DNA of 32,000 nt, from contig NZ_CP013011.1 in the NCBI RefSeq assembly GCF_001412615.1, positions 1,440,001 through 1,472,000 on the forward strand, read 5' to 3'. Under the pieces are notes generated by a model. That model saw only the letters and a list, made by a program, of their open reading frames with translations, did no database searches and was not told where the DNA came from. Shown in pieces: positions 24,353 to 32,000 of the stretch (position 1 is its first letter; every line of letters starts with the position of its first letter). Both the position numbers and the translations under genes were made by a program. Source of the DNA: Pyrodictium delaneyi. Its GTDB lineage: Archaea > Thermoproteota > Thermoprotei_A > Sulfolobales > Pyrodictiaceae.

Positions 24353-24709
24353 TTGCCGTTCCGCGTGAAGGCATGCACTATGTTCTCTGCTGCACACCGT
24401 ATCGAGGGACATCCACGCTGTGGAAGGATCCACGGACACAACTACCGTGTATGCATAGTACTCCGCGAGGACAAGCCCATGGGGATAGACCTGGACGAGC
24501 TCGAAGAGTGGCTCCAGGAACACGTCTTCAAGAGGTTCGACCACCAGTACCTCAACAAGCTACTAGCCGAGGACGGAGAGCTACCAACAGTGACCAGCGA
24601 GGACCTCGCCCAGATGATAGCTAGTTGGCTTGAGAAGAGCTACCCGGGGATGGTCGAGCTTGTCGAAGTCTGCGAGACCCCCCAGCTCTGTGTCGAGTAC
24701 ATCCCCTAG
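24353..24709 (+). CDS. queD: 6-carboxy-5,6,7,8-tetrahydropterin synthase (QueD / PTPS family)
   Basis: FSAAHRIEGHPRCGRIHGHNY carries the Cys and His-x-His Zn/catalytic motif. The track ORF starts at 24260, but the conserved fold begins at FRVKACTMFSAAH. An in-frame TTG at 24353 is preceded by the SD-like GGGGTG at 24337-42 and gives a typical ~118-aa QueD. Confidence 0.85.
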   Translation: MPFRVKACTMFSAAHRIEGHPRCGRIHGHNYRVCIVLREDKPMGIDLDELEEWLQEHVFKRFDHQYLNKLLAEDGELPTVTSEDLAQMIASWLEKSYPGMVELVEVCETPQLCVEYIP

Positions 24710-25373
24710 GCTCCGCGTAGTAGAGATCTTCACTAGCCTGCAGGGCGAGGGCCCATTTACGGGTACCCGCAGCGTCTTCGTCCGCCTCGCGGGCTGTGAT
24801 CTACGCTGCCCGTTCTGCGACACCACATACAGCCTAGACCCCCGAACCGGGAAGCCCATAGCCATCGAGGAGATAGCCATTATCGTCGAGAGGGCGCGTC
24901 CTAGCCTGGTCGTAATTACTGGGGGTGAGCCTCTGCTACAGAGGAGAGGGGTCAACGAGCTAGCCAGGCTCCTAACCGAACAGGGGTATAGGATGCAGCT
25001 CGAGACTAATGGCACATTACCCGCACCTAGACCAGGAGAACCCCTCTATGCTGTACACCACGTGGTCTCACCGAAGGATGTACCAGTAGCTGTTGAGGGT
25101 GCGAGGCTCCACCCTTCCTGGGTAGAGGCTTCCCGGGCTACGGGTAGGGTTTGGTTCAAGTTCCTAGCCTCTACGAGGGAGCACGTAGAGGCCATAGCGG
25201 TATACGTGAAGGAGAAAGGTATACCCCGGGACCATGTCTACATTATGCCACTGACAAGGGATGGGATGTCCATGGATGAGCTACTCAAGCTCCACCAGCA
25301 GGTGGCGAAACTGGCACTAGACTATGGGTTCAACTTCAGTCCCCGACTTCACCTCCTTCTCGGACTACGCTAG
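24690..25373 (+). CDS. queE: 7-carboxy-7-deazaguanine synthase (QueE, radical SAM)
   Basis: VEIFTSLQGEGPFTGTRSVFVRLAGCDLRCPFCDT is the QueE N-terminal signature, followed by ITGGEPL. The track ORF begins at 24630. An in-frame GTG at 24690 (overlapping the queD end by 20 nt) is the more plausible start. Confidence 0.85.
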   Translation: MSSTSPRLRVVEIFTSLQGEGPFTGTRSVFVRLAGCDLRCPFCDTTYSLDPRTGKPIAIEEIAIIVERARPSLVVITGGEPLLQRRGVNELARLLTEQGYRMQLETNGTLPAPRPGEPLYAVHHVVSPKDVPVAVEGARLHPSWVEASRATGRVWFKFLASTREHVEAIAVYVKEKGIPRDHVYIMPLTRDGMSMDELLKLHQQVAKLALDYGFNFSPRLHLLLGLR

Positions 25374-26200
25374 CCCCGCTGGACCGGGTAGCTGCCGAGC
25401 ACGTGGATGAACAGACTCCGAGCTGCTGCCTCCTCCAATGCTTCCGCGACGTGCCGGTCGAGCCTACTGCCCTCCAAGTCTATGTAGAAGTTGTAGTGCC
25501 AAGGCTTCCCCGGTATAGGCCGCGAGTATATCATCTTCAAGTTAACGCCGTGACGGGCGAAGGGCTCTAGGAACCGGTATAGGCTGCCCGGCTCGTCGGG
25601 AAACGCTGTTATTATGCTAGTCCTCTCCGCGTTCTCAGGCTGATCGCGCCAGGCTAGAGCTATGAACCTGGTGTAGTTGGGGCCATCCTCTAATCCCTCG
25701 GCTATTATCTCGAGGCCGTATGCCTCGGCCGCACGGCGGCTGCAAACGCAGAGCGCGTCCTCCTCGGCGGCCTGGCGGGCTGCATGGCTAGTGCTAGGCA
25801 CCGGGACTAGCTCAGCTCCGGGCGCCAGCCTCTCAAGGCTCCGGGCTGCCTCGCGGAGCGCATGAGGATGACCATAGATCTTTCCTGCGCCTTTACGGCC
25901 TGCGAGTACAAGGTCTATCCTCATCTCGAGCGCGGCATAGATGTGGAGCATTGTGGTGGCGAGGTTATCTAGGGTCTCGCCAACAGGGCCCTCGAGACTG
26001 TTCTCTATCGGGACGACACCGTAGTCTACCTCGTAACCCTCTACTAGCCGGAACACTTTGGTTATGCTGTTACATGGTACCAGCTCTGCGCCTGGGAAGA
26101 GCTTCTCGGCCGCCATGTGAGTGAAGCTATGCTCGGGGCCTAGGAAGGCAACGCGAACAATCACTCCCACCCCTAGCCCACTCACGCTCCATGCCGTCAC
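25370..26200 (-). CDS. pheA: Prephenate dehydratase
   Basis: VAFLGPEHSFTHMAA at the N-terminus and an ACT-domain signature YSRPIPGKPWHYNFYIDLEG. A GTG at 26164 (giving M-IVRVAFLGP) is a likely alternative start. Confidence 0.85.
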   Translation of the reverse strand: MTAWSVSGLGVGVIVRVAFLGPEHSFTHMAAEKLFPGAELVPCNSITKVFRLVEGYEVDYGVVPIENSLEGPVGETLDNLATTMLHIYAALEMRIDLVLAGRKGAGKIYGHPHALREAARSLERLAPGAELVPVPSTSHAARQAAEEDALCVCSRRAAEAYGLEIIAEGLEDGPNYTRFIALAWRDQPENAERTSIITAFPDEPGSLYRFLEPFARHGVNLKMIYSRPIPGKPWHYNFYIDLEGSRLDRHVAEALEEAAARSLFIHVLGSYPVQRG

Positions 26201-26317
26201 TGCAGCCGATCCCTATAACCCTGCCTCCAGAGGGCTCGTGACACCTCCGGGCCACATTCTATCGGAAAAGGTTTAGCCTGGTGAGACTATTCTCCGAACC
26301 TCCGGGTGTAGACTACT

Positions 26318-27376
26318 ATGTCAACCAATGGGAGGAACCCCAGCAGTGGAGGGGAGCCAGAGAAGCACGAGGTAATCATAGTTGGTGCCGGAATAGCTGG
26401 GCTTACTGCCGCACTCTACCTGGCGCGGCAAGGCGTGGATGTACTAGTTGTGAGCAGGGATCTTGGCGGCCAGTTGCTCCAGGCGACACTGATAGAGAAC
26501 TACCCGGGCATAGAAGCCGTCAAAGGCGTAGACCTAGCCATGAAGGTGGAGAGACAGGCTAAGACCTTCGGCGCTAAGACAAGGTACGGCGAACAGATAG
26601 TCAAGATAGAGAGACTAGAGGACGGCACCTTTCTGCTTGAGAGCAGCCGGGGCCGCCGTTACCACGCCGAGGTCGTGATACTAGCCTTCGGCAAGACTCC
26701 CAGGAGGATGGGTGTACCTGGCGAGGAAGAGTACGATGGCCGTGGCGTGAGCTACTGCACCATATGCGACGGGCCTCTGTACCGGGGCAGGAACACTGCT
26801 GTAGTGGGCATAGGCGACCAAGGCCTAGAGGCTGTAGCATTGCTGGCCGGGCTATGCCCAAAGGTCTACTACGTCACGCCGACCAGGCTCTTCGGTGACC
26901 CTGACCTCGTAGCCAGAGTCAGTGGGGCCGAGAACGTAATAGTACTAGAGAACCACGAGCCTGTACGCGTCCTGGGCGACGGGCGCCGCGTCACCGGCCT
27001 AGTAGTACGGGACAAGAAGACCGGCGAGGAAAAGACCCTCGAGGTTGAAGGCATTTTCGTAGAGCTGGGCTACGAGGCTAAGACCGAGTTCGTCAAGCAC
27101 CTCGTCGACTTAAACGAGAACGGCGAGATAATAGTGGACAAGATAGGGAGAACTAAGACCCCAGGCCTCTTCGCTGCCGGCGATGTGACAGACATACCCT
27201 TCAAGCAGGCAGTAATCTCTGCCGGCGAGGGCGCCAAGGCTGCGCTGGCTGCGTTCAATTACTTGCAGAAGAGGCGCGGAAAGAATGTAGAGATACGTGG
27301 CGACTGGAAGAAAACCGGCGCTGTAAAGCCGAAGACGCAGCTGCGCCTAGGCCTCAAGAAAAGGAAGAACGAGTAG
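26318..27376 (+). CDS. trxB: Thioredoxin reductase-like flavoprotein (low-Mr TrxR family)
   Basis: FAD motif VIIVGAGIAGLTAALYLAR, redox-active CTICDG, and C-terminal GLFAAGDV. The NADPH motif is atypical (see findings). The C-terminal tail is Lys-rich. Confidence 0.8.
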   Translation: MSTNGRNPSSGGEPEKHEVIIVGAGIAGLTAALYLARQGVDVLVVSRDLGGQLLQATLIENYPGIEAVKGVDLAMKVERQAKTFGAKTRYGEQIVKIERLEDGTFLLESSRGRRYHAEVVILAFGKTPRRMGVPGEEEYDGRGVSYCTICDGPLYRGRNTAVVGIGDQGLEAVALLAGLCPKVYYVTPTRLFGDPDLVARVSGAENVIVLENHEPVRVLGDGRRVTGLVVRDKKTGEEKTLEVEGIFVELGYEAKTEFVKHLVDLNENGEIIVDKIGRTKTPGLFAAGDVTDIPFKQAVISAGEGAKAALAAFNYLQKRRGKNVEIRGDWKKTGAVKPKTQLRLGLKKRKNE

Positions 27377-27391
27377 CCCGCGGAGCTGGGG

Positions 27392-27823
27392 CTAGAGGCC
27401 TTCTTCCTTTCGTATCTTTTCCGCGTATCGCTCCGGGGTGAGCAGTTTCTCCAGCTCCTTCTCGTCGCTCATCCTTATCTTGAACATCCAGCCCTCGCCG
27501 TAGGGATCCCTATTCACGAGCTCCGGCTCGTCGTATAGCCTCTCGTTGACTTCGACTACTTCGCCCGAGACCGGGGCGTAGATGTCAGCAGCAGCCTTCA
27601 CGGACTCGATGCTACCAACTGCTTCGCCAGCTTTGACATTGGAGCCAGGCTCTGGGAGCTCTACACCCACAATATCGCGCAGCTTCTTCTGCGCGTAGTC
27701 GGTTATACCGATGACTACCACATCGCCCTCGCGCTTGACCCACTCGTCGCTCTCCGTGTAGAGCCTGTCCTTTAGGATCACGTAGTCGCCTACACGTATC
27801 TCATCCACCAACCCTCTACACAC
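27392..27823 (-). CDS. gcvH: Glycine cleavage system protein H (lipoyl carrier)
   Basis: [18 protein letters not shown] and the lipoyl-lysine motif [24 protein letters not shown]. Confidence 0.9.
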   Translation of the reverse strand: MCRGLVDEIRVGDYVILKDRLYTESDEWVKREGDVVVIGITDYAQKKLRDIVGVELPEPGSNVKAGEAVGSIESVKAAADIYAPVSGEVVEVNERLYDEPELVNRDPYGEGWMFKIRMSDEKELEKLLTPERYAEKIRKEEGL

Positions 27824-27991
27824 CCCGCAGAGAGATAGGCCATGCTTATCTCTCGAGAGCCGGGTGCACTAAAGCCTCCTGGAGATTAACCTGGGTTGTT
27901 CTCTCCTAAACCGTATCGCCAACTAACCGGGAGTTGATGTCAAACACGTGGTCGGCTACGTGGCGGTATGTGATGAAGTAATGCTATTATT

Positions 27992-28759
27992 GTGTCTGTG
28001 TCTTCGAGCCAACGTGGCCTGGGCCTATGCGTCGAGAGGCGGGAGCGGGGCAGCCTGATGAGTAGGAGACTCGAAGTGGGTGGCCCAGAGAATGTGGCTG
28101 GCAGATGTAACGCTCGGCTGGCGTTATTAGCGGTCCTGTTCTCCGCTATATCAGCTGTCTTGACGGTACTAGAGCTCATGGGTCTCACGGATAATCTGAA
28201 CTACTTGATTTTCCACTCTATTCCTCCACAGGGATCAGTATTCGTTAGGCTATTGTCTCTAACGGCAAGCGTTGCTGCATTCATAGTTTATGCCGCTATA
28301 CTTGTAGTTTACGATATTGCTAAGTTTGGTAAATTGAGGCTACAGACAGTTGCGCTAGGCATATCTTTGGCATCCTCTATGATAGTAGTTGCGGTACTGA
28401 AAGCACTATTACAAGTACCTAGACCTGGGGAACAACCTCTACATTACCCATTTCTACAGGCACTCCTAGTCTCTGATTACTACGCATTTCCTTCAGGCCA
28501 TACTGCAAGAGCGGTAGTGGCTGCATACTATATCGGGAAGAGGCAGAAGCCATACTTTAGAGCGGCTTTATGGATCTGGGCATTCAGTGTAGCAGCAAGC
28601 CGAGTACTGCTGGGTGCGCACTGGGTGAGCGATGTCATAGCTTCAACTGCTATAGGTCTCGCCACGGCACTTATAGTAGACTGTACAGCAAGGTACTGGG
28701 TGCGGGTTTACAATAAGTTTCTGGGAAGAATTAAAGTGTTGAGACTTAGCCTAGACTAG
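27992..28759 (+). CDS. PAP2-family (type 2 phosphatidic acid / polyprenyl-diphosphate) phosphatase, membrane protein
   Basis: The three PAP2 motifs are present: KALLQVPRP, PSGH and SRVLLGAHWVSDV. There are several TM segments. The probable true start is ATG 28058 (MSRRLEV...). GC is lower than average. Confidence 0.8.
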   Translation: MSVSSSQRGLGLCVERRERGSLMSRRLEVGGPENVAGRCNARLALLAVLFSAISAVLTVLELMGLTDNLNYLIFHSIPPQGSVFVRLLSLTASVAAFIVYAAILVVYDIAKFGKLRLQTVALGISLASSMIVVAVLKALLQVPRPGEQPLHYPFLQALLVSDYYAFPSGHTARAVVAAYYIGKRQKPYFRAALWIWAFSVAASRVLLGAHWVSDVIASTAIGLATALIVDCTARYWVRVYNKFLGRIKVLRLSLD

Positions 28760-28970
28760 TTCATGCGCGGATAGTTACGGGTGTAGGCCACACCGACCTG
28801 TTTATCGTTAAAGGCTAGAAAATCGTATAGGATTCACGTTTGCTTGACAACGTAGGAGTTGATATGGTGTTTGTTGTTTGCAAACCTACCGGACTCTATG
28901 CCGGGAGGAACACTAATAATCCTCTCAGGGAAGCTATTTGGTGTAGCTGACGTCTAGAGTACACTAGGCC

Positions 28971-28978
28971 TTTAAAGT
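28971..28978 (+). promoter_or_regulatory. Candidate TATA box (TTTAAAGT) for nuoA
   Basis: It lies 26 nt upstream of ATG 29004, consistent with a leaderless or near-leaderless transcript. Confidence 0.45.
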
Positions 28979-29003
28979 ACGTTGGTAAGAGAGGGGCCAG
29001 TTC

Positions 29004-29375
29004 ATGGCGTACGATGCTATAATAGCTGTTGCAGTCGTACTCACAGTTGTGCCCCTCACTTTGCTGCTTGTTTACGCGTTTCTATCCCGGGTTACCCGAG
29101 GCCCGGATCATGTTTACAAGAGACTCCGTTATGAGGCAGGTAATCCACCACGTGGAGCAGCCCGGATACCTACCATATACCAGTACTTCGGCTACATACT
29201 GATATTCGTCGCCCTCGATCCTGTCTTTATGTTGCTCTTCGTCTTGCCCGCCGCTGCAGGAGGTCAATGGCTCAAGGCAGTACTTTTGAGTATGGCATCA
29301 GTAGCCGCTATACTCCCGCCTATAGTATATGCTGCTAGGTATGCCCGCCGCCGTGAGTACTGGAGTCTTCCATAG
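29004..29375 (+). CDS. nuoA: NADH-quinone oxidoreductase subunit A
   Basis: RYEAGNPPRGAARIPTIYQYFGYILIFVALDPVFMLLFVLP matches the NuoA/ND3 core (YECG....yyl.ailFiiFD). Three TM segments. Confidence 0.85.
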   Translation: MAYDAIIAVAVVLTVVPLTLLLVYAFLSRVTRGPDHVYKRLRYEAGNPPRGAARIPTIYQYFGYILIFVALDPVFMLLFVLPAAAGGQWLKAVLLSMASVAAILPPIVYAARYARRREYWSLP

Positions 29376-29391
29376 AAGGGTGAGACGAGCC

Positions 29392-30024
29392 ATGGTTCAT
29401 GGTGACTGGAGGCGCGGGCTCATACTAGTAGGCAATCTCGAGGAAGCCGCTGAGCGGGCCGCACGCTGGCTAGTAGAGAAGACGCCGATAAGAACACTGA
29501 GGGATTGGGCCACTAGCTTTAGTCTCTGGCCCGTCCACCTTACCACGAGCTGCTGTGGAGCAGAATTCGCCGCCCTTTACGCCCCGAAGTACGATGCTGA
29601 GAGGCTTGGTAGCCTCCCCTTTACTCATCCTCGTAACACGAACCTGATGTTGATAGAGGGCACACTAACGCGGAAGATGGCACGGGTTGCCCGTATCACC
29701 TGGGAGCAGATGCCATGGCCTAAGTTCGTCATAGCTATGGGTGCTTGTGCGTTCACTGGAGGCTTATTCTACAATAGCTATAACATCGTCTTGGTACAGG
29801 ACGTGCTTCCCGTCGACTACTACGTGCCCGGCTGCCCCCCACCCCCCGAGGCTGTTGCAGACGCTTTGATAAAGCTTCAGAAGAAGGTCCGGGAAGGCAA
29901 GTGGAGGCCCCGCGACGTAGAGGACAAGGGGAAGCTGGAGGAGCTGATGCAGCCAGTCTACACGAAAGCCGAGCGTTATAGAGAAAGTGTAGTAAGCTGG
30001 AGAAGACTGCTTGAAGGACTTTAG
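29392..30024 (+). CDS. nuoB: NADH-quinone oxidoreductase subunit B
   Basis: SLWPVHLTTSCCGAEF, AMGACAFTGG and VDYYVPGCPPPPEA supply the N2 cluster ligands. The track ORF starts at 29329 inside nuoA. The ATG at 29392 lies 14 nt after the nuoA stop. Confidence 0.85.
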   Translation: MVHGDWRRGLILVGNLEEAAERAARWLVEKTPIRTLRDWATSFSLWPVHLTTSCCGAEFAALYAPKYDAERLGSLPFTHPRNTNLMLIEGTLTRKMARVARITWEQMPWPKFVIAMGACAFTGGLFYNSYNIVLVQDVLPVDYYVPGCPPPPEAVADALIKLQKKVREGKWRPRDVEDKGKLEELMQPVYTKAERYRESVVSWRRLLEGL

Positions 30025-30102
30025 ACTCGCGTTAGCTATTTGTGATTCCGCGAACTACGATGCTAGCTACCTAGCATGTAGCTTATTGGCTGAGCTGTAT
30101 CC

Positions 30103-30630
30103 TTACTCCTTTCCTTGTTCTTCTCTGGGTTTAAGCTCGGGTTTTAGCACCCATATTGGCTTGCTCTGCTTCGTCGTGGTGAAGGGCTCTTCTACTACGC
30201 GGAAGTCCTTGCGGAGTGGATACACGTTCTCCGGCCAGTCCTCGGGCAGTAAGAGGTGGCGTAGATCAGGGTTGCCCTCGAAGATTACTCCTAGCATCTC
30301 GTGCTCTTCTCTCTCCTGGAGCTGCGCCGCCGGGTAGATGTCGGCTATGCTGCTCACGCGGGGATTGTCCCGGGACACGTATACCTCGAGCGCCACTAAA
30401 TCGGATGGGTTGTCTATTCGGGTGAAGTGGTAGACTAGCCTTATCCTGCCCTGCTTGGGCTCGTCTACGGCACTGAGTGACAGGAAGTAGTTGTAGCCTG
30501 CGTCTCTCAGAGCCTCAGCTGCCTCGCGGAGCCGTTCTGGCGGCACAATTGCCGCCCTGTAGGTCTGTTGTTCTCTTACCTCGGATGCTATACCGCGTAG
30601 CAGCTCTTCAAGCTCAGGCAAGGAGAACAC
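30103..30630 (-). CDS. nuoC: NADH-quinone oxidoreductase subunit C (30-kDa subunit), encoded on the opposite strand to nuoA/B/D
   Basis: AAQLQEREEHEMLGVIFEGNPDLRHLLLPEDWPENVYPLRKDF matches the NuoC signature (ERE..dmfGi.F.GHPdlrriL...W.g.PLRKD). The plus-strand ORF 30011..30337 is nonsense. Confidence 0.85.
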   Translation of the reverse strand: MFSLPELEELLRGIASEVREQQTYRAAIVPPERLREAAEALRDAGYNYFLSLSAVDEPKQGRIRLVYHFTRIDNPSDLVALEVYVSRDNPRVSSIADIYPAAQLQEREEHEMLGVIFEGNPDLRHLLLPEDWPENVYPLRKDFRVVEEPFTTTKQSKPIWVLKPELKPREEQGKE

Positions 30631-30802
30631 CCCTAGAAGCGAGGAGACTCCGGACCCTCCCTGTGCCGCTTATTCAGCCGGCCTCTGCATTTCCTGGCGT
30701 CGTGGCAGGGTATAGACTTTAATGCTAGTGCTACGCGGTGCTGTAGCGACGAGAGTCCTCGTACCACAGACGTGTCTACACTTGCTTGATCGAGTATTTA
30801 GT

Positions 30803-30829
30803 GATTTCATCTAAAGATTTCAATCTAAA
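30803..30829 (+). repeat. Tandem imperfect direct repeat GATTTCA(A)TCTAAA x2 in the nuoD promoter region
   Basis: GATTTCATCTAAA at 30803-15 and GATTTCAATCTAAA at 30816-29, lying 26-52 nt upstream of the proposed nuoD start. Confidence 0.6.
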
Positions 30830-30854
30830 CTGAGCCCGGGGGAGTGTATCAGAG

Positions 30855-32000
30855 TTGACGACACTAGAGCTGCCGGGAATTCTAGCAAGAGAGGCTGGTA
30901 CCCGTGAGGGTTACCGTGTAGTAGAATTGTTTATCGGTGCCCAGCACCCGGCTTCAGGGCACATGAGGCTCATTGCATACCTCGACGGCGACATCGTTGT
31001 CCGCGTTGACCCGGATATAGGCTACGTACACCGCACTATGGAGAAGCTTGCCGAACAGAGAGAGTACGTACGCGTCATAAGCCTTCTGGAGCGAATGACT
31101 ATAATAGATGCTTGTAACATTACACTCCCCTACGTGGAGGCTGTAGAAAGGCTCCTCGGAGTAGAGCCTCCACCCCGAGCCAAGTACCTTCGCACGATAC
31201 TCTGCGAGATCAACCGTATCGCAAGCCACCTTTACGGTCTCGGGATAGGCGGTATATTCCTCAACCATTCGACTATGTATATGTGGGCCTTTGGGGACCG
31301 CGAGGTTTTCGTACACCTGGCCTCACTAATTACAGGCTCCAGGCTTACCCACACCTACCCAATACCTGGCGGTGTAAGGCGAGATCTCCCCCAGGTGTTC
31401 CGCGACGAGTTCGAGAAAGCTAAACGCTATATGTTACGTCGCCTCAAGGAGTACGACAAGATATTCTTTAACAATCCTGTTGTACGAGGCCGCCTCGAGA
31501 ACGTAGGTGTGTTGTCGCGGCACCGCGCGATAACGCTTGGAGCTACAGGGCCAAACCTACGTGCTAGCGGTGTACGATACGACGCTCGTCTCCTAGGCTA
31601 CGCGGCCTACGGAGAATTAGGCTACGAGCCTGTAGTGGGAAGCGAGGGTGATGCGCTAGAGCGGGTCTGGGTAAGGCTACGTGAGATAGAGGCAAGTCTC
31701 GAGCTCATAGACCGCGCTCTAAGAGAGATGCCAGAGGGTCCCATACTAGCTGAGCAGTATGTAAGACTCATACCTCCACCAATGAGGAAGAAGTGGCTAG
31801 AAAAGGGCAGAGTAAAGCTACCCGGGAGCTATGTGAGGTTGAAGACTAAGCCGGGTGAGGTGATAACTCGGGGCGAGATGGGCCGCGGAGAGGTCACCTA
31901 CTTCCTCGTCAGCGACGGAGGAGTTAAGCCCTACAGGCTACGTGTAGTAACCCCGAGCGCCCGGAACCTAGTGCTCTTCGACGCACTTGCCAGAGGTCAT
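30855..32000 (+). CDS. nuoD: NADH-quinone oxidoreductase subunit D (49-kDa subunit), 3'-truncated by the window end; not in the ORF track
   Basis: My own translation of the frame containing 30927 gives LFIGAQHPASGHMRLIAYLDGDIVVRVDPDIGYVHRTMEKLAEQREY...ERMTIIDA...RAKYLRTILCEINRIASHL...THTYPIPGGVRRDLP...PNLRASGVRYDAR...PYRLRVVTPSARNL. The frame is open from 30834 to 32000. TTG 30855 is the first in-frame start, preceded by the SD-like GGGGAGTG. Confidence 0.85.
   Translation, partial: MTTLELPGILAREAGTREGYRVVELFIGAQHPASGHMRLIAYLDGDIVVRVDPDIGYVHRTMEKLAEQREYVRVISLLERMTIIDACNITLPYVEAVERLLGVEPPPRAKYLRTILCEINRIASHLYGLGIGGIFLNHSTMYMWAFGDREVFVHLASLITGSRLTHTYPIPGGVRRDLPQVFRDEFEKAKRYMLRRLKEYDKIFFNNPVVRGRLENVGVLSRHRAITLGATGPNLRASGVRYDARLLGYAAYGELGYEPVVGSEGDALERVWVRLREIEASLELIDRALREMPEGPILAEQYVRLIPPPMRKKWLEKGRVKLPGSYVRLKTKPGEVITRGEMGRGEVTYFLVSDGGVKPYRLRVVTPSARNLVLFDALARGH

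Noticed and set aside
27830-27854. An 8-bp hairpin GAGAGATA-N9-TATCTCTC immediately upstream of gcvH
   Set aside because: It is short and AT-containing, has no partner motifs, and hairpins of this size are expected by chance. Nothing links it to a glycine-responsive element.
27970-28058. A C-box-like GTGATGA at 27970-76 with a CTGA at 28055-58 (possible C/D box sRNA)
   Set aside because: The spacing (~85 nt) is too long for archaeal C/D sRNAs. There are no C'/D' boxes or terminal stem, and the CTGA overlaps the probable PAP2 start codon context.
30025-30854. A search for inverted repeats or IS-like ends flanking the inverted nuoC
   Set aside because: Only 6-7-nt matches were found (GCTTATT, GGCTGA/TCAGCC, ATGCTAG). 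These are not distinguishable from chance, and no transposase or recombinase gene is nearby.
30954-31316. A 120-aa minus-strand ORF in the track
   Set aside because: It is antisense to an unmistakable NuoD reading frame on the plus strand, which the track omits because it has no stop inside the window.

Overview
High-GC archaeal chromosomal window. Evidence for archaeal origin: TATA-box promoters about 25-45 nt upstream of starts, frequent GTG/TTG starts, 4-nt overlapping operon junctions, a four-subunit 2-oxoacid:ferredoxin oxidoreductase and archaeal-type queD/queE. By inference it is a hyperthermophilic crenarchaeon of the Desulfurococcales/Aeropyrum type, but I cannot verify the species. 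About 32 genes are supportable. Most are housekeeping: FAD oxidoreductase, POR/VOR gamma-delta-alpha-beta operon, ABC-2 exporter pair, acylphosphatase, PLP decarboxylase, Nudix hydrolase, BtuFCD-like importer, EndoIII-like glycosylase, radical SAM enzyme, queD-queE, prephenate dehydratase, TrxR-like flavoprotein, GcvH, PAP2 phosphatase and nuoA/B/C/D. nuoD runs off the 3' end of the window and is absent from the ORF track. Seven things stand out. (1) A 1476-aa protein (8637-13067) has an N-terminal KAP/ORC-like P-loop, several winged-helix-like segments and a ~450-500-aa coiled coil; a 232-aa coiled-coil protein follows it, and this pair is my best candidate for an undescribed system. (2) A promoter-proximal, GC-rich five-helix RNA structure (24138-24273) lies in the long leader of queD-queE. 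(3) An AT-rich island (about 14.55-19.3 kb) carries orphan surface proteins, including a GH114-like hydrolase split by a +1 frameshift at a TTTT run. (4) nuoC is inverted between nuoB and nuoD. (5) An Fe-S DNA glycosylase is translationally coupled to the ABC importer. (6) A second radical SAM gene is divergent from queDE. (7) The TrxR homologue lacks the NADPH-specificity motif. No rRNA, tRNA, CRISPR array or transposase was found by eye. Many long ORFs in the track are antisense shadows of GC-rich genes.
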